In this document: positions 52,556 to 64,000 of the stretch, piece by piece | How the letters are laid out: the number at the start of each line of letters is the position of its first letter | Numbering within the stretch: position 1 is the first letter of the stretch | NCBI RefSeq assembly: GCF_006345805.1 | Contig: NC_043015.1 | Location: 27,280,001-27,344,000 of the forward strand | Origin: Octopus sinensis | Taxonomy: Eukaryota | Direction: 5' to 3' | Length of the DNA: 64,000 nucleotides | Made by a program: the position numbers and the translations under genes | The notes under the pieces: model-generated | The model's input: the letters and a program-made list of their open reading frames with translations, nothing else | What the model was told of the DNA's origin: nothing | Database searches by the model: none

Positions 52556-53802
52556 TTTGACCCTGACCTGAATGTATGAATGCCTGTATATATGTACAAA
52601 ATCCACTGAGAAGGCTTTTGTTGGTCTTAAGCTAGAGCAGAAGACACATGCCAAGTCACCACACAGTGGGACTGAACCCAGGACCATGTGTTTGGAACGT
52701 AGTTTGTTACCACACAGCCACACCTGCCCCTATGTATGTGTGTGTGTGTGTGCGTGTGTGTGTGCGTGTGTGTGTACGGGTAGATATATTATGCATGTAT
52801 ATATGTGTATATATATGTGTACATATTACATGTACATCTATATATATACATCTACACATAAAATACAAAATACAAGTTATATCTTGATATCGCTAGTGAT
52901 AACAATACTCAAAATATATAACAGACTGGAATTGTAGGCCCGTCTCTTGCAATTTCGATCAATTGGATCTTGTCCTCCCTCCTGTATAGAAGTGTACGGC
53001 TGCAACAAAATTCATTTGTGGACTTTCTTCTATCGAAGGCATTTTAAGAAAAATGCTTCCGTAAAGACGGTGAAAATATTGTCAATTTCCCCAAACAGGG
53101 ACACAATTCAATTTTTAAACAATAACCAAAGCCCCTTCTCCGAAAGGGGGAGGGTTACGGTTTACAATTATTTAACAAATGCAACACAACAACGTTTTCT
53201 TGACGAGGAACCAACAAACGTGATTACAATAGTCAAACAGTAATAATAATAACAATAAACCTTTTTGATTTATCCCCATTTATGTGAAACCACTTATTCA
53301 AGTTCAAGTTATTGATGCAATTTTATACGAATTGCTAATACACCACACACACACACACACACATAATAAGGGTTAAAAAATGAATATTAATTTGATTAAT
53401 ATGAATTGAAAACCAGTGGTGTAGCATATAAGACATTAGCGGATCTTCCTCTAGCATAAAGGATGACCACTATTAATGGCTCATCCCTGTTATATAATAC
53501 TTTCACTTTAACAGTTTCACACTTGCAAAGAGAAAGTAGGAGAAAGTGTGGCGGTAATGGAAGGAGTGAAGCACTTGAAATGAGAGAGGCAAATCGTAAA
53601 ATATTGAGTTTTATCGAATTTTTGCTTAATTGGGGGTCAAATTGAAAAAACTTTATATTACATGACCCAATCGTATCTACTTGGAAAAATCATTGGTAAA
53701 TTCCAATTGAAGAAATTCTATATTGTAGAATTGTATTAAAAACGAACATGAGAACAGGCAGAGAAAATCTGCCTTTTATCATAAGAGAGTCACACATATA
53801 TA

Positions 53803-56800
53803 TCATCATCATCATCATCATCGTTTAACGTCCGCTTTCCGCGCTAGCACGGGTTGGACGGTTCGACCGGGTCTGGGAAGCCAGGGGCTGCTCCAGGCTC
53901 CAGTCTGAATCTGGCAGAGTTTCTACGGCTGGATGCCCTTCCTAACGCCAACCACTCCGTGAGTGGATTGGGTGCTTTTTACGTACCACCTGCACAGGGG
54001 CCGGAGGGTCCGGCATCGGTCACGATCAGTTCGAGCTTTTAACGTGTCAGCGGCACGGGGGCAACGAGGTCCGGGGTACTTTGGGGATCGGGGTACTTTG
54101 GGGATCCAGGTTACTTTGGAGATCCGGGGTACTTAGAATGGGTAGGGGGTATGTGGAATTGCTGCAGAAAGCAGCCCGGGTCTTTGTAGTCACAGCATAT
54201 CTCCAGAGATCTTGGTCCTTCGCCATTGCCTCAGTGAGGCCCAATGCTCTGAGGTCATGCTTGACTACCTCATCCCATGTCTTCCTGGGTCTACCTCTCC
54301 CCCTGATACCTTCAACTGTTTGGGAGTGGCACTTCTTCACACATCTCTCTTCATCCATCCGCAGCACATGACCATACCATCGCAAGCGTCGCTCTTGCAC
54401 ACCACATCTGATGCTTCTTATATCCAGCATTTCTCTCAGGATGCTTACACTCTGTCTTGCGTGCACACTGACACTACACATCCAGCGGATCATGCTAGCT
54501 TCATTTCTTTCAAGTCTACGCATGTCTTCTGCAGTCACTGCCCATGTTTCATTACCGTGAAGCATGGCAGTTCGCACACATGCATCATACAATCTACCTT
54601 TTGCTCTGAGGAGAGACCTTTTGTTGCCAGTAGGGGTAGGAGCTTTCTGAACTTTGCCCAGGCTATTCGTATTCTAGTGGTGATACTCTCTGTGCATCCA
54701 CCTCCGCTACTAACTTGGTCACCCAGGTAGCGGAAACTATCAACTACTTCTAGTTTCTCTCCCTGGAGTGTGATGGAATCTGTTTTCTGAGTGTCTGTTG
54801 TGTCTATTGTCCCTGTGCATCTGCCGCACATGAAAGCTATCTTATCTGTTAATTTCCCTTTAATGTTGCTGCACCTCTTATGTGTCCATAACTTACATTG
54901 GGTGCATCTTATGGAGTTTCTACCTGTACCTTTCCTACAGGTTGAGCAGGGCCACCTACCCGAGGGTGTGTGTGCTGAGTACCTCTTGCTGCTTACTAAT
55001 ACTTTGGTCTTTGCTACATTTATCTAAGGCCCTTTGATTCCAACCCTTGCTTCCACACCCGAAATTTCTCTTCTAGTTCCGGTAGTGATTCTGCTATGAG
55101 AGCTAGGTCATCGGCATATAGGAGCTCCCAGGGGCATCCCGTTTTGAATTCCTCTGTTATTGCCTGAAGGACTATGATGAATAAAAGGGGACTGAGGGCT
55201 GAGCCCTGGTGCACACCTACTTCTACCCGGAATTCTTCACTATATTCGTTGCCAATCCTAACCTTGCTGACAGCCTCTCTGTATAGAGCCTGTACAGCCC
55301 TTATTAGCCATTCCTCAATCTCCAGTTTCCACATCGACACCAGATAAGGGAACGGGGAACCCTGTCAAAGGCTTTCTCCAAGTCTACAAAAGCTATGTAG
55401 AGGGGTTTATCTTTAGCTAGGTACTTCTCCTGCAGTTGTCGGACCAGGAATATAGCATCAGTGGTGCTTCTACCTGGTACAAAACCGAACTGCATTTCAT
55501 CTAAACAAATTCTCTCCCTAATGAGATTGGTTATGACCTTCTCTGAGACCTTCATCACCTGGTCCAACAGTTTGATACCTCTGTAGTTATTTCTATCTAG
55601 AGCATCACCCTTACCCTTGTAGCAGTTGACTATGGTGCTGCTGCACCAGTCATTGGTATATGACTCCATTGTGAACTACCTGGTTTACAATGCGGGTGAC
55701 TATGGCATAGCCCACATAGCCAGCTGTTTTAAGCATCTCAGCAGTGATTCCTGATAGGCCAGGGGCTTTGCCTGGTTTCATATCCTTAATTGCCTTATCT
55801 ACAAGGGAGCTGTCTATTCGGGTAGCTGGTCCCTCTACTGGGTCAACATTTGGCAGGCTCTCCTCCTCCCATTCATTCTCCTCATTCAGCAGTCTTTCAT
55901 AATGGCTTCTCCAAGCCTCTTTCTTTTCACTAGTAGTAAAAGCAAGTGCCCCATCATCCATGCGGACACATTTCTCTCCTATAACATCGCTATTTTCTCT
56001 GACACACTGTCTGGCAATCCGAAATACTTCAGCTCTTTGATCCTCGCGACGCTGGACATTGGCAGACTTCTTCTTTTCTGCTACATCTTTGGCAATGTAT
56101 ACCTGCCGCCCAGCCTCCCTTTTGGCTATCTGGTACAGTTCCCTGCTGCCCCCATCCTTCCAGGCTTTCCAGGCCCGTCTCTTTTCACAGATCGCTTTAT
56201 CTACTGCACTATTCCACCACCACGTAATTCTAGGTCTGGAAGGGACTTTGCACCATCCACAGACTTGGTCTGTGGCACTCAGCAAGCTGTCCCGTAGGAA
56301 TTCCCAGCTACCTTCTATGTCTGACGTCTGAAGCTCCTCCTCCCTCTCATCAAATTTCTTGATGAGTATGTCCCTAAATTTCTGACCATGCGAAGGGTTC
56401 TTTAGCCTCCAAATCCTTCTTTTCTGGATTGGTTTGTTTCTTGGAGTCCTTCTGGCCTCAAGCTTAAGTCACTGATGATTAGTCTATGCTGAGGGATACA
56501 TTCTTCACCCGGGAGGGTCTTTGTATTCAAGAGCAACCCTGCATCCCGTTGTCTGGTGAGGATGAAGTCTATTTGGCTAGCGGAGTCTCCTGACTGATAA
56601 GTTATAAGGTGGCAGACTGGCTTCTTGAAGTTAGTGTTGCAGATTGAAAGGTTACATGCATCACAGAATTCCAGCAGTCTAGTTCCCTCATCATTTCTGG
56701 TGCCAATACCATAGCCACCATGTACCCCAGTGAAGATACCCGATTCCCGCCCAACATGCCCATTAAAATCTCCACCTACAAAGATGAGGTCCTTGTTACT

Positions 56801-58070
56801 AGTCTTTGAAGTAGCCTGCAGAAGGGTATCATAAAAGTTGTCCTTCTGATCATTTGGTAGTCCCGCTTGTGGGGCATAGGCTGAGATAATCATAGCTGTG
56901 CCACTCTGTAGGACCAACCTGAGCTTAAGCACTCTATCACAAACCCTGACAACCTCTATGACCTTATCCACCCATTCCTCCGCAAGGAGAATGCCTACAC
57001 CCCCTACACCTTCCGCGTTACCTTGCCAGTAGAGTTTGTACCTAAGTGCCTTGCCCGTGAGGACCCTAGCCGAAGCATCTCTCCATCTTACCTCTTGTAT
57101 GCAGCATACATCAACCTGTCTTCTCTAGCATCTCTACAATCTCACTAGACTTGCCTGTCAATGTACCAACATTGATAGTGCCAACTCTGAAAACTGGGAA
57201 GGAGATGTGGGGGGGACGGGGGCGATTCGGCGCCTGAGAAGAGGAGGTTGTTGTGGTGGTGATAGTTTTCGTGGTATTTTTCTTTTGATCTCTCTTCCAA
57301 CCTGACCACGCCGTGGGCAGGAGCTGGTGTTAGCAGTGGACATTCGTTATCGTCACTGAGTAACGTAATTAGGTAGAGGAAAGAAATACAGATATTCTAG
57401 AGTTGAGTTGGGGAGGGGGGGGGGGTCCAGTTGAGAAAGGTTTCACCAGTGAAAGAGAGGGAGAGATAGTACAGGGTGCGGGTAATATAGGGGAGCAACC
57501 AGTGGGGAAGGTTGGGGTAAGGAGGAACGATGGTAGGAAGGGTTGGTGTAGGTTCGTAAGAAATAAAAACGTAGGATATTACGAGGCGGGAGGGTACTAA
57601 AAGGGGATGGTCGGATTGAGGCAGTGTCAGGAGGAAGCGTAAGATCGGTGGGCAGTTGATGAGCTATGGCGCTAGCAGCTTGTCTTTTCACAGTGAAAGC
57701 ATATGAGGAGAAGGGGTAGTGGGGGGAGGAGGAGGGAGTAGGCGTATCCGGTGTAGATGAGTAGGGCGTATCCGGTGTAGATGGTGAGAACAGGGTATAC
57801 TGGTATTGGTGGTGGGGGTGAGAACAGTGTCACCGGTATGGTGGTGGCGGTGAGAACGTGTTCACGGTATTGGTGGTAGGGGTGAGAACAGTGTTCACCG
57901 GTATTGGTGGTGGGGGTGAGAACAGTGTTCATCGGTATTGGTGGTGGGGGTGAGAACAGTGTTCATCGGTATTGGTGGTGGGGGTGAGAACAGTGTTCAT
58001 CGGTATTGGTGGTGGGGGTGGGGAGCGGGCGCACCGCCGATGGCGGAAAGATGGGAAAAGATGGGATTAC
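53803..58070 (-). mobile_element. Near full-length RTE-clade LINE (APE plus RT), decayed by frameshifts
   Basis: RVGTINVGTL, CCIQEVRW, AYAPQ, GDFNGHVG, QIDFIL, QFGFVPGRSTTDAIF, VDLEKAFDRVP, LYADDLAL, RRLRWYGHV, GRGRPRKTW, and a (GAT)n tail. The 5' boundary beyond ~57200 is uncertain. Confidence 0.9.
57802..58019. repeat. 34-bp G-rich minisatellite, ~6.5 copies
   Basis: Unit ggtattggtggtgggggtgagaacagtgttcatc. Confidence 0.92.
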
Positions 58071-58246
58071 AGCTTGAGGTAGCCTAAGGTTAAATTTCGT
58101 AGAGAGAGAGATAGGAAAGATAAATCAAGTTATGGCGAAGGCTTGAAAGTAGCCTAAAAGGTTAAATTTTCGTAGTGAGAGAGATGGGTAAGACGAATCA
58201 AGTTATCAATGTATGAATAAACGTAGTAACAACGAATGAATGTATG

Positions 58247-58365
58247 TCGCGCTATGTATGGAAAAATAAACATAGTAAGATAATTTTTAGAACTTGCTGC
58301 GGGCATCGACCGCAGCAAGTTCTAAAAAATTTATTTACTATTTTATTTTTCCATACATAGCGCGA
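58247..58365. repeat. ~55-bp-arm near-perfect palindrome
   Basis: tcgcgctatgtatggaaaaata...agaacttgctgcgg [gcatcga] ccgcagcaagttct...tatttttccatacatagcgcga. Confidence 0.9.
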
Positions 58366-58509
58366 TATATATATGTTATATATTATATATATATATATAT
58401 ATGTATATATATTATATATATATATGTATATATATTATATATAATGTATATATTTTTTTTTTGTACTTGTTTCAGTCATTTGACTGTGGCCATGCTGGAG
58501 CACCGCCTT

Positions 58510-58677
58510 CAGAGTGGTGAAAGAGTACAGCAGGGATCACCACCATCCCCTGCCGGAGCCTCGTGGTGCTTTTAGGTGTTTTCGCTCATAAACACACACA
58601 ACGACCAGTCTGGGAATCGAAACCGCGATCCTCCGACCGCAAGTCCGCTGCCCTAACCACTGGGCCATTGCGCCTCC
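58510..58677 (-). mobile_element. tRNA-derived SINE with a well-preserved tRNA-like head
   Basis: Minus strand ggaggcgcaatggcccagtggttagggcagcggac...ggtttcgattccc shows box A and box B, followed by a non-tRNA body. Confidence 0.75.
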
Positions 58678-58700
58678 ACGTAATATATATGTATATATTA

Positions 58701-58739
<39 letters not shown>

Positions 58740-59161
58740 GGAGCCTGGGGCAGTCCCAGCTCCCCAGACCCCGGTCGAAACCGTCCAACCCGTGCTAGCG
58801 CGGAAAACGGACGTTAAACGATGATGATGATGATGATGATATATATATATTATATATATCTGTATATATATGTTTATATATGTATATATATGTATATATA
58901 TATTATATATATATAAAATTAATTAAGGGTGGAAATTGATATTTATCAATTAAGACCAGTGGTCTAGCATATTAAAAAAGAATCCGAAGATTAAAATATT
59001 TATATATACCAATTAAGGACTGAACACGAAAAGTGGACAGTCAACATGCTAGATATAGACGTCAAATCGCCATTCACCGTAAAAGATTATGTTCTCAGAT
59101 CAAACTCAACACAAAACCATAGCAATAAACAAGTGAAAAATATACGAAATAAAATAATTAC

Positions 59162-59225
59162 CCATGTACTAATTACTTTCAGCTGTTATTTTCCACAAGG
59201 AAAACTGCAGCCATCATCAGCGTGG
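59162..59225 (-). ncRNA. Hammerhead ribozyme, array copy 1 (degenerate)
   Basis: GAAAG replaces GAAAC, and stem I CCACG/CATGG has a mismatch. Confidence 0.65.
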
Positions 59226-59666
59226 TCCGTTATAAATGTAATTTGCTGGACTAGATGCAAACACGATACCGAAATATCGCGTGCATGGAGTTCAGCCTAT
59301 TACATTTGAATATATCTTTCAAATGCCTTTACTTTGGCGCGTTGAAACCCGAGAAAACTAGCCTGCAGCTAATAATTAGCAGCAGTTAATTTATCGGTTA
59401 GAGAACATATTTATTTATATAAAATTAATTAAGGGTAGAAATTGATATTTATCAATTAAGACCAGTGGTCTAGCATATTAAAAAAGAATCCGAAGATTAA
59501 AATATTTATATATACCAATTAAGGACTGAACACGAAAAGTGGACAGTCAACATGCTAGATATAGACGTCAAATCGCCATTCACCACAAAAGATTATGTTC
59601 TCAGATCAAACTCAACCAAAACCATAGCAATAAACAAGTGAAAAATATACGAAATAAAATAATTAC

Positions 59667-59730
59667 CCATGTACTAATTAGTTTCAGCTGTTATTTTCCG
59701 CAAGGAAAACTGCAGCCATCATCAGCATGG
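59667..59730 (-). ncRNA. Type I hammerhead ribozyme, array copy 2 (intact)
   Basis: CCATG-CTGATGA-T-GGCTGcaGTTTTCC ttgc GGAAAATaaCAGCT-GAAAC-TAATTA-GTA^CATGG. Confidence 0.9.
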
Positions 59731-60172
59731 TCCGTTATAATGTAATTTGCTGGACTAGATGCAAACACGATACCGAAATATCGCGTGCATGGAGTTCAGC
59801 CTATTACATTTGAATATATCTTTCAAATGCCTTTACTTTGGCGCGTTGAAACCCGAGAAAACTAGCCTGCAGCTAATAATTAGCAGCAGTTAATTTATCG
59901 GTTAGAGAACATATTTATTTATATAAAATTAATTAAGGGTAGAAATTGATATTTATCAATTAAGACCAGTGTTCTAGCATATTAAAATAGAATCCGAAGA
60001 TTAAAATATTTATATACCAATTAAGGACTGAACACGAAAAGTGGACAGTCAACATGCTAGATAGACGTCAAATCAAATCGCCATTCACCACAAAAGATTA
60101 TGTTCTCAGATCAAACTCAACACAAAACCATAGCAATAAACAAGTGAAAAATATACGAAATAAAATAATTAC

Positions 60173-60236
60173 CCATGTACTAATTAGTTTCAGCTGTTAT
60201 TTTCCGCAAGGAAAACTGCAGCCATCATCAGCATGG
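60173..60236 (-). ncRNA. Type I hammerhead ribozyme, array copy 3 (intact)
   Basis: Identical to copy 2. Confidence 0.9.
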
Positions 60237-60550
60237 TCCGTTATAAATGTAATTTGCTGGACTAGATGCAAACACGATACCGAAATATCGCGTGCATGGA
60301 GTTCAGCCTATTACATTTGAATATATCTTTCAAATGCCTTTACTTAATTAATTTTATATAAATAAATATGTTCTCTAACCGATAAATTAACTGCTGCTAA
60401 TTATTAGCTGCAGGCTAGTTTTCTCGGGTTTCAACGCGCCAAAGTAAAGGCATTTGAAAGATATATTCAAATGTAATAGGCTGAACTCCATGCACGCGAT
60501 ATTTCGGTATCGTGTTTGCATCTAGTCCAGCAAATTACATTTATAACGGA

Positions 60551-60615
60551 CCATGTGATGATGGATGCTGCAGTTTTCCTTGCGGAAAATAACAGCTGAA
60601 ATAATTAGTACATGG
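60551..60615 (+). ncRNA. Hammerhead ribozyme, array copy 4 (degenerate or assembly error)
   Basis: C of CTGATGA and C of GAAAC are missing; small insertion in stem II. Confidence 0.55.
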
Positions 60616-61056
60616 GTAATTATTTTATTTCGTATATTTTTCACTTGTTTATTGCTATGGTTTTGTGTTGAGTTTGATCTGAGAACATAATCTTTTGTGG
60701 TGAATGGCGATTGACGTCTATATCTAGCATGTTGACTGTCCACTTTTCGCGTTCAGTCTTTAATTGGTATATATAAATATTTTAATCTTCGGATTCTTTT
60801 TTAATATGCTAGACCACTGGTCTTAATTGATAAATATCAATTTCTACCCTTAATTAATTTTATATAAATAAATATGTTCTCTAACCGATAAATTAACTGC
60901 TGCTAATTATTAGCTGCAGGCTAGTTTTCTCGGGTTTCAACGCGCCAAAGTAAAGGCATTTGAAAGATATATTCAAATGTAATAGGCTGAACTCCATGCA
61001 CGCGATATTTCGGTATCGTGTTTGCATCTAGTCCAGCAAATTACATTTATAACGGA

Positions 61057-61120
61057 CCATGCTGATGATGGCTGCAGTTTTCCTTGCGGAAATAAACAGC
61101 TGAAACTAATTAGTACATGG
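61057..61120 (+). ncRNA. Type I hammerhead ribozyme, array copy 5 (core intact)
   Basis: CCATG-CTGATGA-T-GGCTG...CAGCT-GAAAC-TAATTA-GTA^CATGG; predicted cut at 61115/61116. Confidence 0.88.
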
Positions 61121-61274
61121 GTAATTATTTTATTTCGTATATTTTTCACTTGTTTATTGCTATGGTTTTGTGTTGAGTTTGATCTGAGAACATAATCTTT
61201 TGTGGTGAATGGCGATTTGACGTCTATATCTAGCATGTTGACTGTCCACTTTTCGTGTTCAGTCCTTAATTGGT

Positions 61275-61439
61275 GTATATATATATAGTATATATATGTA
61301 TATATATATGTATATGATATATATATATGTATATATATATATATGTATATATATATATGTCTATTATATATGTATATATATATGTATATATATATATGTA
61401 TATATATATGTATATATTATATATGTATATATATATATG

Positions 61440-61470
<31 letters not shown>

Positions 61471-61605
61471 TATATATATATGTATAATGTATGTATATAT
61501 ATATACGTATATATGTATGTAGTATATATATATATGTAATATTATATATGTATATAATATATGTATATATATATATATGTATATATATATATGTATATAT
61601 TATGT

Positions 61606-61637
<32 letters not shown>
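61275..61637. repeat. (TA)n/(TATG)n microsatellite
   Basis: Direct run; a similar tract is at 63773-64000. Confidence 0.95.
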
Positions 61638-61699
61638 ACAAAATCCCCAGAGAGAGGAAAATTTTAATGAGACGGCGTACAAAATTTTCAAATCGCCTA

Positions 61700-63772
61700 A
61701 ACAAACAGAATTGAAAGCAGTGAAAAGTCCCGCCTAAAAATAAAACTGTTGGAAATCGAAAAATGTCTGCAACTCTCCCATGAAAAGAAAAGAGCAGACA
61801 AAGAAGCCTGGGCTATAGAAAACATAAAATCTAACCCCAGAGCTTTCTACAGGTATGCCAAAGAAAAACAGCTACAGTGCACTGTAGAATAGGGCCACTC
61901 CTCGAAAAAGATGGCACACTTACAGGAAAACCATGAGGGTAAGTGAAATACTGAATGAGCAATTCAAGAGTGTTTTCACTCCACCCCTTGGGCATCTCCA
62001 AATCACCAATCCAACTGACTTTTTTACCACTGCAGATATAAAATCAGAGGCGGCGACGATAGATTACATCGATATAAAGGAAGACGATGTAACCAAGGCT
62101 ATAGATGAAATGAAAACAGACTCAGCTACTGGCCCCGATGGATTCCCGGAATCCTCCTAAAAGCATGTAAGAGAGTCCTAGCAAGACCACTGCAGTTCCT
62201 CTTTCAGAGCTTCCTTGCAGCTGGCAAAATTCCAGGAAAACTGAAGGAAGGTAAAATATGCCCCATTCATAAAGGAGGTAGCAGAGCGGAAGCCAAGAAC
62301 TATAGACCTATCTCTCTGACCTCACACATCAGCAAGGTCATGGAACGAATAGTCAGAAGGAAGCTGATCACCTTCCTTGAAGAGAATGACTTGCTGCCCG
62401 ACACCCAACATGGTTTCCGACCAGGGAGAAGCTGTTTAACTCAGCTCCTACAACACTATGACTGGGTGCTGAAACGGCTGCTCAACCACTCAAATGTGAT
62501 ATATCTCGACTTTGCAAAGGCCCTTGATAAAGTCGATCATGGAATGATATGTCACAAACTGCGTGATCTCAACATAGTTGGAAAACTGGGAGAATGGCTT
62601 CATGACTTTCTGAAGGATAGAAGTCAGGTGGTAGTAGCCAATGGGGCCACCTCCATTAACACACAATAGTGAGCGGTGTTCCGCAGGGCACTGTTGGGAC
62701 CACTACTGTTATAATGGCCCTCTCAGACATGCCCTCAGCCACGCAGAGAGCCACGATCACAAGTTATGCAGATGATACAAAAGTTTCACAGGCAATACGG
62801 AACCCTGAGGACACTAAACACCTGCAATGTGAGCTGGACGAAATATACAAGTGGGCTGAAAAGAATAGCATGCAGTTCAATGCTGAAAAGTTTCAAGCTT
62901 TATACTATCAGCATGCAAAACTGAATGCAATACCCAATGAATACACTGGGCCCGGAGGGATTGCAATCCCAGAGGCACAATCAGTGCGTGACCTGGGTAT
63001 ACACATGAGTGATGACGCGACCTTTCATGTACATGTTGCTAAACTGACAATGAAATGTAGACGGCTGGCTGGCTGGATTCTTAGAACCTTTAGAACAAGA
63101 GAACAAGAAACCATGATGGTCCTCTGGAAGACACTTGTCCGAAGCCACTTTGACTATTGCTCTCAGCTATGGTCACCATCCAGTGTCAAGTTGATCACAG
63201 AACTTGAGGCGATCCAACGAAGCTACACAAAGAAGATAGCCTCTATGCAGAATGTAAGCTACTGGGAAAGACTCAAGAGATTAAAATTATATTCCCTGGA
63301 GCGTAGGCGGGAAAGATATGCCATAATATACATCTGGAAGATCCTGGAGGGAAGTGTCCTGAACTTTGGCATCGAGAGTTACGCAAATGCCAGAACTGGG
63401 AGCCACTGCGTGGTGGTGCCTAGGACTCCAAACCTGCCATCAAGATGTAGGACAAGATTCTGTGATAGCCTGGGCTTTCGAGAGGCCCACAGCTCTTCAA
63501 TATCCTCCCGAAGAACCTGAGAGACCTGCATGGGGTGGATACAGATGTCTTAAAATGAAGCTGGATCTCTTCCTGTCAGGTGTCCCAGATGAACCAACTT
63601 CACGGCAGGAGGGGCAGATGAGGGCAGCTGCATCGAACTCTCTCATGCACCAAATAGCAGTTGCTAGAAAGCCTCCATGAAGTGAAAACTAAGTAGCAAC
63701 ACCAAATGGCGGTGCCCCAGCATGGCCACAGCTCATAAGCTGAAACTAGAATCAATCAATCAATCAATCAAT
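61700..63772 (+). mobile_element. CR1-clade LINE, 5'-truncated, decayed ORF2 RT
   Basis: SATGPDGFP, KNYRPISLTSHISKVMERI, QHGFRPGRSCLTQLL, YLDFAKALDKVDH, SGVPQGT, YADDTK, VRDLG, YSLERRRERY; ends in (AATC)n. Confidence 0.92.
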
Positions 63773-63780
63773 CATATATG

Positions 63781-63814
<34 letters not shown>

Positions 63815-64000
63815 ATATGTATATATATATATATATGTATATACATATATATATGTATATATATATGTATTATACATATTATATGTATATATATATGTAT
63901 ATATATTATGTATATATAATTTATATTATTGTTATATATATGTATAGATATATATATGTATATATATAGGTATATATATTATGTATATATATATGTATAT

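Larger units (their letters stand above)
58915..61274. repeat. ~505-bp tandem array with internal inversion; each unit carries a hammerhead ribozyme
   Basis: Units start at 58915, 59421 and 59925. Orientation flips at 60344/60345 and reverse units run to 61274. (TA)n-type tracts flank both sides. Confidence 0.95.

Noticed and set aside
57200-58090. HDV-like ribozyme expected at some RTE 5' ends
   Set aside because: I could not build the nested double pseudoknot by eye; an RNArobo/Infernal search would be needed.
58605-58677. tRNA gene
   Set aside because: No complete cloverleaf and it continues into a repeat body; better explained as a SINE head.
59046-61236. Repeated 87-88 aa ORFs in the 505-bp array
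   Set aside because: No recognisable domain, broken by indels in some units, and antisense to the ribozyme.
58915-61274. CRISPR-like interpretation of the tandem array
   Set aside because: No short repeat/unique spacer alternation, no cas genes, and a eukaryotic context.

Overview
AT-rich animal genomic DNA with no supportable host protein-coding gene. The microsatellite load, tRNA-derived SINEs and (CAT)n-tailed RTE LINEs look like an octopus/cephalopod genome; this assignment is inference only. The window is a transposon graveyard. It holds one structurally complete Ty3/Gypsy LTR element (18687-23398, TACAG TSD, tRNA-Leu PBS), several RTE LINE copies, CR1-type LINE pieces, an RLE-type LINE end, mariner relics, a Helitron 3' end and several Penelope-like element (PLE) fragments. 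The main hidden signal is RNA structure. Type I hammerhead ribozyme (HHR) motifs of six different sequence types can be read directly, most with a short palindromic stem III. Four of them occur as inverted pairs or arrays with the same divergent polarity. The strongest case is a ~505-bp tandem array (58915-61274) with one HHR per unit and a mid-array inversion. It is predicted to release 505-506-nt self-cleaved monomers, as in retrozymes or pLTR arrays. The Gypsy element sits in one arm of an inverted duplication whose other arm keeps the empty site. Most long ORFs in the supplied track are microsatellite artefacts. All folds and alignments were done by eye.
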